The translations under genes and the position numbers were made by a program. A DNA stretch of 64,000 nt from Spirochaetaceae bacterium (GTDB taxonomy: Bacteria > Spirochaetota > Spirochaetia > DSM-2461): NCBI GenBank assembly GCA_016744925.1, contig JADGDJ010000002.1, forward strand, positions 4,024-68,023. The letters run 5' to 3'. Under the pieces are notes generated by a model that had not been told where the DNA came from, did not search any database, and saw only the letters and a program-made list of their open reading frames with translations. The stretch's first letter is position 1; the number at the start of each line of letters is the position of its first letter. Below, one piece after another: positions 46,215 through 56,080 of this stretch.

Positions 46215-47414
46215 ATGAGTAAAATTCGAATAGAAGAGATGATAAAAGATCTCTCTAAACTAGCCAGTGACAAAATGTTCAATGATGATTTTTTTCTAAC
46301 ATGGGACAAAAGTGATGATGAAATCAAATCAACATTCATCGTGGCGGACATTTTAAGAAATTTAAGAGAAGAAAATATTTCAACAAAAATATTTGACAGT
46401 GGTTTAGGCATCTCTCTTTTTAGAGATAACTCAACAAGAACAAGATTCAGTTATGCCAGTGCTTGTAACCTTTTAGGTCTTGAAGTTCAGGATCTTGATG
46501 AGGGGAAATCTCAGGTTGCCCATGGTGAGACTGTAAGAGAAACAGCAAATATGATCTCTTTCATGGCTGATGTTATCGGTATCAGAGATGATATGTACAT
46601 CGGTAAAGGCCATACATACATGCAGGAAGTTTCTGATTCTGTAAAACAGGGTAACCTCGATGGTGTTCTCGAGCAGAGACCTACACTTGTAAACCTTCAG
46701 TGTGATATCGACCATCCGACTCAGTCCATGTCCGATGCACTTCACATTATCAATGAACTTGGTGGAATTGAAAACCTGAAAGGGAAAAAAGTAGCTATGA
46801 CATGGGCATATTCTCCCTCTTATGGTAAGCCTCTTTCCGTTCCTCAGGGAATTGTCGGTCTTCTCACAAGACTGGGAATGGACGTTCATCTCGCTCATCC
46901 AGAGGGTTATGAAATCATGCCTGAGGTTGAAGAAGTTGCCAGAGCTAACGCTGAAAGAACCGGTGGTAAATTCGTTAAATCTAATTCAATGGCTGAAGCA
47001 TTTAAAGATGCCGATATAGTGTACCCTAAATCATGGGCACCTTTTGCGGCTATGGAAAAGAGAACAGACCTTTATGCTGATGGTGATCAGGCGGGAATCG
47101 ATGCTCTTGAGAAAGAACTTCTTGCTCAGAATGCTAAGCACAAAGACTGGGAATGTACTGAAGACCTTATGAAGACAACAAAAGAGGGCAAAGCGCTCTA
47201 TATGCATTGTCTTCCTGCTGACATCTCAGGTGTCAGTTGTAAAGAAGGTGAAGTTGCTGCATCTGTTTTCGACAGATACAGAGATCCTCTCTACAAAGAA
47301 GCCAGTTACAAACCATACATCATTGCATCCATGATTCTTTTGAGCAAATGCAAGAACCCAGCGGACACATTGAAAAAAATGCTCGACGCCGGTAAAAAAA
47401 GAGTTAATGACTAA
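46215..47414 (+). CDS. ygeW: knotted carbamoyltransferase YgeW
   Basis: FRDNSTRTRFS, HGETVRETANM, DIDHPTQ, WAYSPSYGKPLSVPQG, YMHCLPADI. Confidence 0.96.
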   Translation: MSKIRIEEMIKDLSKLASDKMFNDDFFLTWDKSDDEIKSTFIVADILRNLREENISTKIFDSGLGISLFRDNSTRTRFSYASACNLLGLEVQDLDEGKSQVAHGETVRETANMISFMADVIGIRDDMYIGKGHTYMQEVSDSVKQGNLDGVLEQRPTLVNLQCDIDHPTQSMSDALHIINELGGIENLKGKKVAMTWAYSPSYGKPLSVPQGIVGLLTRLGMDVHLAHPEGYEIMPEVEEVARANAERTGGKFVKSNSMAEAFKDADIVYPKSWAPFAAMEKRTDLYADGDQAGIDALEKELLAQNAKHKDWECTEDLMKTTKEGKALYMHCLPADISGVSCKEGEVAASVFDRYRDPLYKEASYKPYIIASMILLSKCKNPADTLKKMLDAGKKRVND

Positions 47415-47440
47415 TCCCTTTTATATAAATTTTTCTTTTG

Positions 47441-47476
47441 CCGCCCCCTCAGAGTTTCTGAGGGGGCGGTTTTTTT
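47441..47476 (+). terminator. intrinsic terminator after ygeW
   Basis: CCGCCCCCTCAGA-GTT-TCTGAGGGGGCGG followed by T7. Confidence 0.9.
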
Positions 47477-47650
47477 ATTTGAAGAGAATCCCTCTTCGTA
47501 TTTTTTCCACTCCCCCCTAAAAAAAGCTAAGCCAAAAAAATCAGTTCCTTAGGCTGTGTTATAGTACTGGGTTGTGCCTTACTGTATATTTACGAATTTC
47601 AATAATACTGCCATAAAGGATGATTACTTTACAGATATTGCTTCTTGAAC

Positions 47651-47667
47651 CTGGCACAGCTTTGGCA
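47651..47667 (+). promoter_or_regulatory. putative sigma54 (-24/-12) promoter of iadA
   Basis: CTGGCACAGCTTTGGCA: GG-N10-GC with TGGCAC -24 box, about 20 bp before the ATG. Confidence 0.55.
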
Positions 47668-47688
47668 TATTCTAAACCGGGAGGAATT

Positions 47689-48822
47689 ATGGTAAAAATC
47701 ATTCGCAATATTCAGACTTTCACTCCTGAGAACATAGGCATTAAAGACATTGTTGTTCTGGGAAATTCAATTGCTGAAATTTCATCTGAGAGTAGTATGA
47801 AATTTGATAAGGCAGAAATTATAGATGGAACAGGTTTATATGCTCTTCCAGGACTGATTGATCAACATGTACATCTCACCGGCGGTGGTGGAGAGAATGG
47901 CTTCAACAGCCGCGTACCAGAAATCCTCATGAGTGATATTGTTCAAGCCGGAATTACAACAGTCGTGGGGTTGCTGGGAACCGATACTACAACCAGATCA
48001 GTTGAAACGCTTCTGGCCAAAACCAAAGAGCTCAATATAAACGGGATTACAGCATACTGTTTAACCGGAGGATACGCCTATCCCTCAATAACATTGACCG
48101 GAAGCGTACTAAAAGATATAGCGTTTATCGATGAGATTCTCGGTTTAAAAATTGCCATTGCCGATCATCGCTCCTCTTACCCATCAAGCAGCGAATTGAC
48201 AAATGTCACTTCAGAGGTAATAAAAGCGGGCCTGTTATCAGGGAAAAAGACCTACATTCACCTGCACATGGGAAGAGATTCCCAGGCACTTAAAGAAATT
48301 GAAACGATATTAGACAATACATCTATTCCCATATCCGTTTTTCGTCCCACTCATTGTAAAAAGCTCACAAAAGATGCCATTAGATTCTGCAATATGGGTG
48401 GTTTTATCGATTTTACAGCAACCGAGGAAAGTGCCTCTACGGCTCTTTTAATTTGTAACCTTATAGGGGAGATAACCGATATCGAGAGAGTAACCATCAG
48501 CTCCGATTCTAACGGCAGTTTTCCCCTGTGGGACAAAGAGGGAAATCTGAAAAGTATGAACTGCGGAAAAATCAGCAATCTTTACAAAACCTTCATATCA
48601 CTTGTGCAGGAACACAGTATGGGTATTTCAAAAGCATTGCCGTTCTTTACATCCAATGTAGCTCGTTCAATTGGCAAATATCCGCAAAAAGGGTGTTTGG
48701 AGACGGGAAGTGATGCTGATATTTTATTGTGTAACAAGGATCTATCCATCCACAGTCTGCTGGCTAAGGGCGAATATGTCATAAAAAACAAACAAATTGT
48801 AAAAAAAGGTCTGTTCGAATAA
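47689..48822 (+). CDS. iadA: isoaspartyl dipeptidase
   Basis: PGLIDQHVHLTGGGGE.GF..RVPE, VGLLGTD..TRS, KIAIADHRSS, SSDSNGSFP; ATG 47689 after GGGAGG. Confidence 0.92.
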   Translation: MVKIIRNIQTFTPENIGIKDIVVLGNSIAEISSESSMKFDKAEIIDGTGLYALPGLIDQHVHLTGGGGENGFNSRVPEILMSDIVQAGITTVVGLLGTDTTTRSVETLLAKTKELNINGITAYCLTGGYAYPSITLTGSVLKDIAFIDEILGLKIAIADHRSSYPSSSELTNVTSEVIKAGLLSGKKTYIHLHMGRDSQALKEIETILDNTSIPISVFRPTHCKKLTKDAIRFCNMGGFIDFTATEESASTALLICNLIGEITDIERVTISSDSNGSFPLWDKEGNLKSMNCGKISNLYKTFISLVQEHSMGISKALPFFTSNVARSIGKYPQKGCLETGSDADILLCNKDLSIHSLLAKGEYVIKNKQIVKKGLFE

Positions 48823-49055
48823 AACAGATATATTATTGGAAAATGGAAAGATAAAAAAAATCGGTTCAATCAAACCTGAAGAATATGAAAAGGCTGAGAT
48901 CTTTGATGCAGAAGGGAGATTTGTCACTCCTGGTATAGTTGAAGCCCACTGCCATATTGGAGTGAGTGAAGATGGCGCTCGGAGAAAATCCTAAATATAA
49001 ATATGGTGATAAAAATGTGGCACTTTCCTCCGGAATGTTTGTAAACAAAGTTTGA
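48821..49055 (+). pseudogene. amidohydrolase remnant with internal deletion
   Basis: Frame A: KTDILLENGKIKKIG...DAEGRFVTPGIVEAHCHIGVSEDG with no start codon; joined out of frame at GAAGATGG to MALGENPKYKYG..., a mid-protein motif of the same family; stops soon after. Confidence 0.75.
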
Positions 49056-49200
49056 TTGCACAAACCTTAGGTTCTGGCAATCAGATGAATTCTTTTCCCG
49101 AATCAAAATAATCTCAATTTATATTTATTCTATCCCTTGCTAATTGATTTCAGCTGATTTAGCATTTGTAACTACGTTTTTTAAATAAGGAACCTGGCTT

Positions 49201-50979
49201 ATGAATACATTATCTAAAATACCCTCCGCATCCGGCAAAGGATTATGGTTTCTACTGAAGGGATACAAAATCAGATTTTTTTCAGCATTATTCTTTCAGG
49301 CTGTCGCAGTTGCCGCTGGTACAGCCGGTTATTTTGTACTCCGTTTTTATATTGATGACATTATAAATACGGGAGACTGGCGTTTTCCTCTTATTTATTT
49401 TTCCCTGTTTTATATCGCTTTCGCCTTAATTCGAGGTCTGTTCTCCTTTCTCACAGCAAGAGGAACCGGTGCTACCGCAGAGGGCATTGCCAGAGATTTA
49501 AGGAACTCCATTTTTGACCATACTCAGAAGCTGTCCTTTTCCTATCACGATAAAACGAGAACAGGTGAATTGATTCAGAAGTCCACTTCCGATGTGGATA
49601 CCCTCAGGAAATTCTACAGTGAGATGGTAGCGGGTTTATCCCGAATATTATTTATGTTCATTATTAATCTCACTTCAATATTCTACCTCAATACAAAATT
49701 GGCATTATTTTCGATTATTGCCATACCGTTTATTGCTGTTATGTCGACGATGTTTTTCAAAAAAATTCACAACGCATATGAATCCTATCAGGATCAGGAT
49801 GGTAAGGTTTCCGCTGCTGTACAGGAGAATCTCACTGGTGTGCGGGTTGTCAGGGCTTTCGCCAGGCAGGAATTTGAAAAAGAAAAATTTGAAGTGGAAA
49901 ACAGAGAGAAATTTGTTAGAGGTAAACGCTTTCTTATGAATCATGCACTCTATTGGCCTACATCTCACATAATTTGTGCCGCCCAGGTGATTTTCGGAAT
50001 AACGATGGGTGCGCTGATGGTCATTGATAGTACTTTGTCTATTGGAGATTTCGTCGCTTATATCGGTTTTCTAAATACAATTATCTGGCCCATACAGCAG
50101 ATGGGTCGTATGATCGCCCAGTTATCGACTTCATGGGTTTCCTATAGCAGAGTGGCCTCAATTTTACTGAATGATCAGGAAGATCTAACATCGGGAAATG
50201 ATGTGAAAGAATTAATTGGTGACGTGCAGTTTAAAAATATCTCTTTTAGTTACGATAACTCAGCAGCTGTATTAAAAAATATAAATCTCAGTTGTAAACC
50301 GGGAGAATCAATAGCTCTTCTCGGTGAGACCGGCTCGGGGAAAACATCTCTGGTTAATCTTCTACCGGGATTTTATAGCAAAGATGAAGGAGAATTGATA
50401 ATCGACGGAATCCCGATTGAGGGATACTCCCGTCATTTTTTGCGAAGCAATATCGGTATTGTCGAGCAGGAGCCTTTCCTTTTTTCTACAACAATTAAAG
50501 AGAATATTACCTATGGTGTTAAGAGAGATGTTACCGATGAGGATATTTTTAAGGCAGCTAAGGCCGCTTCAATACACGATAGTATAAAAAATTTTCCCGA
50601 AGGGTACGAAACCATGGTCGGTGAGAAAGGGGTGACTCTTTCCGGTGGGCAGAAGCAGAGAATTGCCATAGCCAGAACCATACTGAAGGATCCAAAGATT
50701 CTTATTCTTGACGATTCAACCTCAGCGGTAGATGCCGAGACTGAAGATCAGATAAGAGCCGCTCTCAATAATCTCATGGTGGGAAGAACGACATTTCTCA
50801 TAGCTCATAGGATTCAGAGCCTGATAAAAGCCGATCAGATTCTCGTCTTTAAAGAAGGGGAGATTATTCAACGGGGCAAGCATAAAGATCTTATTGAAGA
50901 GCCGGGATTCTACAAACATGTATTTGAGCTGCAGAACAAGATTGAAGCAGAACTGGAAGAGGAGCTTTTACATGGCTGA
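49201..50979 (+). CDS. ABC exporter, fused TMD-NBD subunit A
   Basis: TMD plus GETGSGKT, LSGGQKQR, ILDDSTSAVD, IAHR. Confidence 0.93.
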   Translation: MNTLSKIPSASGKGLWFLLKGYKIRFFSALFFQAVAVAAGTAGYFVLRFYIDDIINTGDWRFPLIYFSLFYIAFALIRGLFSFLTARGTGATAEGIARDLRNSIFDHTQKLSFSYHDKTRTGELIQKSTSDVDTLRKFYSEMVAGLSRILFMFIINLTSIFYLNTKLALFSIIAIPFIAVMSTMFFKKIHNAYESYQDQDGKVSAAVQENLTGVRVVRAFARQEFEKEKFEVENREKFVRGKRFLMNHALYWPTSHIICAAQVIFGITMGALMVIDSTLSIGDFVAYIGFLNTIIWPIQQMGRMIAQLSTSWVSYSRVASILLNDQEDLTSGNDVKELIGDVQFKNISFSYDNSAAVLKNINLSCKPGESIALLGETGSGKTSLVNLLPGFYSKDEGELIIDGIPIEGYSRHFLRSNIGIVEQEPFLFSTTIKENITYGVKRDVTDEDIFKAAKAASIHDSIKNFPEGYETMVGEKGVTLSGGQKQRIAIARTILKDPKILILDDSTSAVDAETEDQIRAALNNLMVGRTTFLIAHRIQSLIKADQILVFKEGEIIQRGKHKDLIEEPGFYKHVFELQNKIEAELEEELLHG

Positions 50980-52771
50980 AACACATTTTAAAGAAGAAGA
51001 ATTTAACAATAAACTCAGTACGAAAACGGCTCTGAGGATTTTTGAGCAGGCAAAACCGCATTGGATTCTCCTTATCGGTTTTATTCTCTGTATTATGGCC
51101 ACAGCTTTTTTAGAGGCTTTCGGAACTTATGTTGTAAAATTAGCAATAGATGAGGCAATTATTCCCGCTAATAAGGAATTGTTATTTAAGTACCTTTTTA
51201 CATTTGGAATTATGCATTTCATTCTGGCTTTGGTTGTTTTTGGTTTTATATACTGCGCAGGAAGGCTGGGAGAGCAGATTCAATATGATCTTAGAAAAAA
51301 ACTCTTCAGCCATTTGCAGAATCTCTCATTTTCTTATTTTGATAAAACACCTATAGGCTGGATCATCTCACGGCTGACTTCAGATATTCAGAGAGTTTCC
51401 GACCTGGTTACATGGAACCTTCTCGATCTGGTCTGGGCTATCACAAATATTACATCGGCAATGATCTTTATGTTTATTATAAATTGGAAACTGGCCATTA
51501 TTGTTGCCGTGGCCATGCCTGTACTGATCTTTATCGCTTTGCGATTTCAAAAATATATAATCGGTGAGTACAGAAAAGTGCGTTCAATTAACTCAAAAAT
51601 TACAGGTGCCTATAATGAGAATATTACCGGTGTGAAAATTATTAAAGCACTGGTTCGCGAAAAGAAAAACCTCTCTCTCTTTGGTGAATTGACAGACGAC
51701 ATGTATAAGGCTTCATATAAGGCCATCTGGCTCTCGGCCATATTTCTTCCCATTGTACAGCTCATCACAGCTGTGGCATTCGGAGCCGTTTTGTGGTTTG
51801 GTGGATTTCAGTTTAAACTGGGTCTGTTTACTATCGGTGGTATACAGGCCTTTATAAGTTACATCACATTTATGATGTGGCCCGTACAGGACCTTGCCCG
51901 CGTTTACGGTGAGATGCAACAGGCTGTAGCCAGTGCGGAAAGGGTGTTTTCTCTCATGGATACAAAGCCGGATATTCAGGATCGGCAGGACTCTATCGAA
52001 GTCGATTCGGTAAAAGGAAAAATCGAATTCAGAAATGTAGATTTTTACTATGAAGAGAACAATCCGGTTTTAAATAATTTTTCCTTAACTGTAAAACCGG
52101 GGGAAACCATAGCTTTGGTCGGACCGACAGGTGGTGGAAAATCTACCATTGCAAACCTCGTATGTCGTTTTTATGAACCGAAAAAAGGTCAGATTTTGAT
52201 GGGTCATCGTGATTATACGGGGTTTACTCAGCAATCTCTCCAGTCCAAGTTGGGAGTTGTTCTTCAAACTCCTCATCTTTTTTCCGGTACAATTATGGAT
52301 AACATCCGTTACGGAAGGCTCGATGCCACTGATGATGAAATTATAGAGGCTTCTAAAATGGCTCATTCCCATGATTTTATTAAAGAACTGGAGAATCAAT
52401 ATAGGGAGGATGTGGGGGAAGAGGGAACACTTCTCTCAGTTGGTCAGAAGCAGCTTATCTCTCTTGCCAGAGCCATTCTCGCCAGACCGGAAATTATCAT
52501 TATGGATGAAGCGACCAGCTCTATCGATACTCTGACTGAAGAGATGATACAAAAAGGGATGGAGACTCTCTTGAAGGGTTCTACGGGTTTTGTCATTGCT
52601 CACAGGCTCTCCACAATAAGAAATGCCGACAGAATTCTTGTAATCGAGCAGGGAGTGATCAAAGAGATGGGAAGCCACAGGGAGTTACTCAAGGAAAAAG
52701 GTCATTATTACGATCTGTATACACGGCAGTTCAGGAAAGAGCGGCAGAGAGACCTGCATGTATTTACCTAA
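50972..52771 (+). CDS. ABC exporter, fused TMD-NBD subunit B
   Basis: TMD plus GPTGGGKS, LSVGQKQL, MDEATSSID, IAHRLST; ATG 50972 overlaps subunit A (heterodimer with one degenerate site). Confidence 0.93.
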   Translation: MAETHFKEEEFNNKLSTKTALRIFEQAKPHWILLIGFILCIMATAFLEAFGTYVVKLAIDEAIIPANKELLFKYLFTFGIMHFILALVVFGFIYCAGRLGEQIQYDLRKKLFSHLQNLSFSYFDKTPIGWIISRLTSDIQRVSDLVTWNLLDLVWAITNITSAMIFMFIINWKLAIIVAVAMPVLIFIALRFQKYIIGEYRKVRSINSKITGAYNENITGVKIIKALVREKKNLSLFGELTDDMYKASYKAIWLSAIFLPIVQLITAVAFGAVLWFGGFQFKLGLFTIGGIQAFISYITFMMWPVQDLARVYGEMQQAVASAERVFSLMDTKPDIQDRQDSIEVDSVKGKIEFRNVDFYYEENNPVLNNFSLTVKPGETIALVGPTGGGKSTIANLVCRFYEPKKGQILMGHRDYTGFTQQSLQSKLGVVLQTPHLFSGTIMDNIRYGRLDATDDEIIEASKMAHSHDFIKELENQYREDVGEEGTLLSVGQKQLISLARAILARPEIIIMDEATSSIDTLTEEMIQKGMETLLKGSTGFVIAHRLSTIRNADRILVIEQGVIKEMGSHRELLKEKGHYYDLYTRQFRKERQRDLHVFT

Positions 52772-52780
52772 GGGGTGTTT

Positions 52781-53536
52781 ATGGACAAAAGACCACTAGC
52801 TTTAATTACCGGTGCCGGCAGAACAATCGGCATTGGTAATGCTATCGCAAAATCTCTGGCTGAGTCGGGATGGGATATTGCCATTACCTATTGGAATCCC
52901 TACGACGCCTCCATGACCTGGGGGAGCAATCCGGAAGAGACCAGAACTCTTGTTAAGGATTTGGAATCAAGGGGAGCGTCAGTACAGGCTGTCGAGGCGG
53001 ATCTATCTCTGACCGAAACACCGGAAGATCTCTTTAATATTGTAAATGATACAATGGGACTTGTTTCTGCATTGATTCTATCGCATTGTCACTCTGTGGA
53101 CAGTGACATTCTTACAACGACGGTTGCCAGTTTTGACAGGCATTATGCTGTAAATACCAGGGCTACCTGGTTGTTGGTCCGCGAGTTTGCCAGCCGATTT
53201 TCTGGTAATTCAGGCACAGGGAGGATCATTTCTCTTACAAGTGATCACACCGCGGGAAATCTGCCCTATGGCTCAAGTAAAGGTGCTATGGATAGAATTG
53301 TACTCGCCGCTGCGAAAGAATTTAGAGCTATGGGAATAACAGCAAATGTTATTAATCCCGGTGCTGTAGATACGGGATGGATGACTGAAGAGCTTATTGG
53401 TGAAATCGGGAAGATGACACTGTCCGAAAGGATCGGTCAACCGCAGGATTGTGCAAACCTAGTAAAATTTCTCTGTTCCGAAGAGGGCCGTTGGATTAAT
53501 GGTCAATTATTATGTAGTAATGGCGGTATTGCATAG
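52781..53536 (+). CDS. SDR family oxidoreductase
   Basis: TGAGRTIGIG, YGSSK (YxxxK), NVINPG.VDTGW. Confidence 0.92.
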   Translation: MDKRPLALITGAGRTIGIGNAIAKSLAESGWDIAITYWNPYDASMTWGSNPEETRTLVKDLESRGASVQAVEADLSLTETPEDLFNIVNDTMGLVSALILSHCHSVDSDILTTTVASFDRHYAVNTRATWLLVREFASRFSGNSGTGRIISLTSDHTAGNLPYGSSKGAMDRIVLAAAKEFRAMGITANVINPGAVDTGWMTEELIGEIGKMTLSERIGQPQDCANLVKFLCSEEGRWINGQLLCSNGGIA

Positions 53537-53867
53537 AATCTTTAATCAGAAATAAGATCCCCCATGTACTGTGGAATCGGATCAAATATACCGATCCCTT
53601 CAATTTTTTTTTATTGATCCAGTCCAGTTCTATTTTATCTGACATCCCATTTTGAACCAAAACCCCGATAATTTGCAGATAAACGCTCTTGAGATTCTCT
53701 TCGAAATCTGAAGATATTTCCTCCTTTTTAGCTGGTGGGGTGAATAGAATTCCCAGTGTCCCGTTGCCGTTAAAAAATCCTGAAAATATATAATAATCTT
53801 CATAATCGAGTTTGATATCATAATGATGAGTGCGCTGACCCTCAATAATTACAGGGATGAAACCCAT
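53496..53867 (-). CDS. hypothetical protein
   Basis: 123-aa ORF; frame open a further ~23 codons upstream, so start uncertain; 3' end overlaps the SDR gene. Confidence 0.5.
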   Translation of the reverse strand: MGFIPVIIEGQRTHHYDIKLDYEDYYIFSGFFNGNGTLGILFTPPAKKEEISSDFEENLKSVYLQIIGVLVQNGMSDKIELDWINKKKLKGSVYLIRFHSTWGILFLIKDSMQYRHYYIIIDH

Positions 53868-53942
53868 ATGAAAATCATCCCCGTTTATAGAGGATTTATA
53901 GAAATATCCCCTTTGGTATTGCAGTATTCTATTCCTTTATAC

Positions 53943-55481
53943 CTACAATACAAATAATGAAAATAAAGAACCGATAAGACCGAGGATTACAAAAAGAATC
54001 ACCGGTTTCTCAGGCATTTTGCCATCGTTTTTCATTGCTTTACCAAACATACCGAATACAAGGGGATGAACTAAAAATGGCATGGCAAAGATAAAGGGTA
54101 TAAGAGCAGCAGTTCCATGTCCGAACATATCTCCCTGCACAGCAGCAAAAAGCCCGAAATGAGAAATTGCAGAAGAGGTAGCCATTGCCGCATTCCAGAT
54201 ATCAATTCCGCTGAAGTGCAATAGAAGGAAACTTCCAAAAACAGCCATAAGCTGCCATCCGAAACTGAACATCATCAAACCTTTTACTTCAATTGTTTCC
54301 TCTCCGTTGGCTTTGCTCATTGTTTTAAGAGCGAAATAAGTTACGACGATTCCCACCAGAACAACAATTGCACCGGGGATTGCCATTAAATAGCCCTGTT
54401 TGGCGCTTATTGCGAGGATTGTAAATACAAAAATATGACCAAAAAAGGGAATGTTGATCATAATCGGCGCACGGGCTGAAGCTTCGTGCCCCAGGTCACC
54501 TGCAGTACAAGCTCCTGTAAGACCGGAGTGAGATAGTGAACCTGCCATACCGGGTGCCAGGTTTCTTACATGGTTTGCTTTTCCGACTTTTATCAGAAGT
54601 AGTATTCCTCCGAACATCCATAAGAGCTGTCCAAAAAAACCGTATCCCATAACTTTGGTCATTTCATCAATTTGGAATGCCTGTACAATTCTGGATCCGC
54701 CGATGAGAAAGTTTGCTGCAAGTACAACAGGTATTCCGGCGAAAAGTAGAGATCTCATAGTCGGTCCAAATAGCCAGTTTGAGAATATGAAGCCGAATCC
54801 TGCAGAAATTAACATGGCAAAAAATATCTGTGGAAGAGGAATAACGCTTTTGATCCACATCGATATGAAATAAGATGCCAATAATAGGCAGAGAATGGCA
54901 ACCATTTCAAGAAAACCTTTTATAAGGTAAATTGATTTATTTTTGATTTTTGCCTTTGAATCAATAATAATCAGAGCACCCATAAATCCGAGGTATGTGA
55001 GGATGGGGTAGGCTTGTGAAAGGGGACCATCGCCTGTTTTCCCAAGGATAATCGTATAGGCTCCCTGTATCGCGATCAGAATAAAAAATGATCTTAGAAT
55101 AAAAAAGAACTGAGTTCTTTTCGTACCCAGGATGACTTCTTCTTCCGAAAGTATGACGAGGTCTTCAATATCAAGATGTTTTTTAGAGCTGAGCTTCTTC
55201 AGCTCTTGGCCACCGACAAAAAAAGTTACGATTAAAACAACAACAGTCACTTTGCTGAGGAATGAAACCATCGTGAATTCTAGTAACCCAGCTGAGGCCA
55301 TTCCGCTTTTCTCAAGTAGGAATCCCATGAGTAAGCCAAAGACAACAATGATAAGAATGGGTGAGTATTTGGTTCCCGCAACAACTGTGCGCGCCATTAT
55401 TATTATGGGAATTAATAAAATAAATGCTAAAAAAAGTTGATTAAAACTTGAAAAATCCAAAATTTTCTCCTTTTGATTCAT
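53943..55481 (-). CDS. polytopic membrane protein of unknown family (putative secondary transporter)
   Basis: 512 aa, about 14-16 hydrophobic segments, internal duplication with conserved His residues. Confidence 0.75.
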   Translation of the reverse strand: MNQKEKILDFSSFNQLFLAFILLIPIIIMARTVVAGTKYSPILIIVVFGLLMGFLLEKSGMASAGLLEFTMVSFLSKVTVVVLIVTFFVGGQELKKLSSKKHLDIEDLVILSEEEVILGTKRTQFFFILRSFFILIAIQGAYTIILGKTGDGPLSQAYPILTYLGFMGALIIIDSKAKIKNKSIYLIKGFLEMVAILCLLLASYFISMWIKSVIPLPQIFFAMLISAGFGFIFSNWLFGPTMRSLLFAGIPVVLAANFLIGGSRIVQAFQIDEMTKVMGYGFFGQLLWMFGGILLLIKVGKANHVRNLAPGMAGSLSHSGLTGACTAGDLGHEASARAPIMINIPFFGHIFVFTILAISAKQGYLMAIPGAIVVLVGIVVTYFALKTMSKANGEETIEVKGLMMFSFGWQLMAVFGSFLLLHFSGIDIWNAAMATSSAISHFGLFAAVQGDMFGHGTAALIPFIFAMPFLVHPLVFGMFGKAMKNDGKMPEKPVILFVILGLIGSLFSLFVL

Positions 55482-55624
55482 TTTTAATAGATTTGATCAG
55501 ATGATACACTTCGAATGTGTATATAGCAAATTAATAAGGATATTGTTTATGTCTATAGTGTTAAATTATTTATATTTCTTTTTTCATGCTTGATTGATAG
55601 TCTTTAATCTCCTATTTTAATCTT

Positions 55625-56080
55625 ATGCCACTCTATGAACAGATAGAAAAAAAGACTGTAAAAATACCTCTTAAATCGCGCAGGAAAAATGATGTGTTAA
55701 AAGAACTTGTTAAAATCCTGAAGGATTCCGGCAAGGTTAAAGATAGCAAATCCGCACTGGCTGCTGTTTTGAAACGGGAAGATTTGGCCAGTACAGGACT
55801 CGGAGAGGGAATTGCTGTTCCTCATGCAAAGACGACAGCTGTTGATACTCTAACAATTGCGGTCGGACTCTCTCCCAAAGGGATCGATTTTGATTCCATT
55901 GACGATGAGCCCGCGCATATCTTTTTTCTCATTCTGGCGCCGCCGGATCAGACGGGACCCCATCTTCAGGCACTCACCAGTATTGCTCAAATGAATAAAA
56001 ATAAAGAATTCTGCAGAGAAATCCTCCAGATGAAATCCTCTGCAGATGTTGTGGAATTGTTTACCAGACAACAGATCTGA
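55625..56080 (+). CDS. PTS EIIA (Fru/Ntr-type) protein
   Basis: RE..ASTGLGEGIAVPHAK, GIDFDSIDDEPAHIFFL, HLQAL. Confidence 0.92.
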   Translation: MPLYEQIEKKTVKIPLKSRRKNDVLKELVKILKDSGKVKDSKSALAAVLKREDLASTGLGEGIAVPHAKTTAVDTLTIAVGLSPKGIDFDSIDDEPAHIFFLILAPPDQTGPHLQALTSIAQMNKNKEFCREILQMKSSADVVELFTRQQI

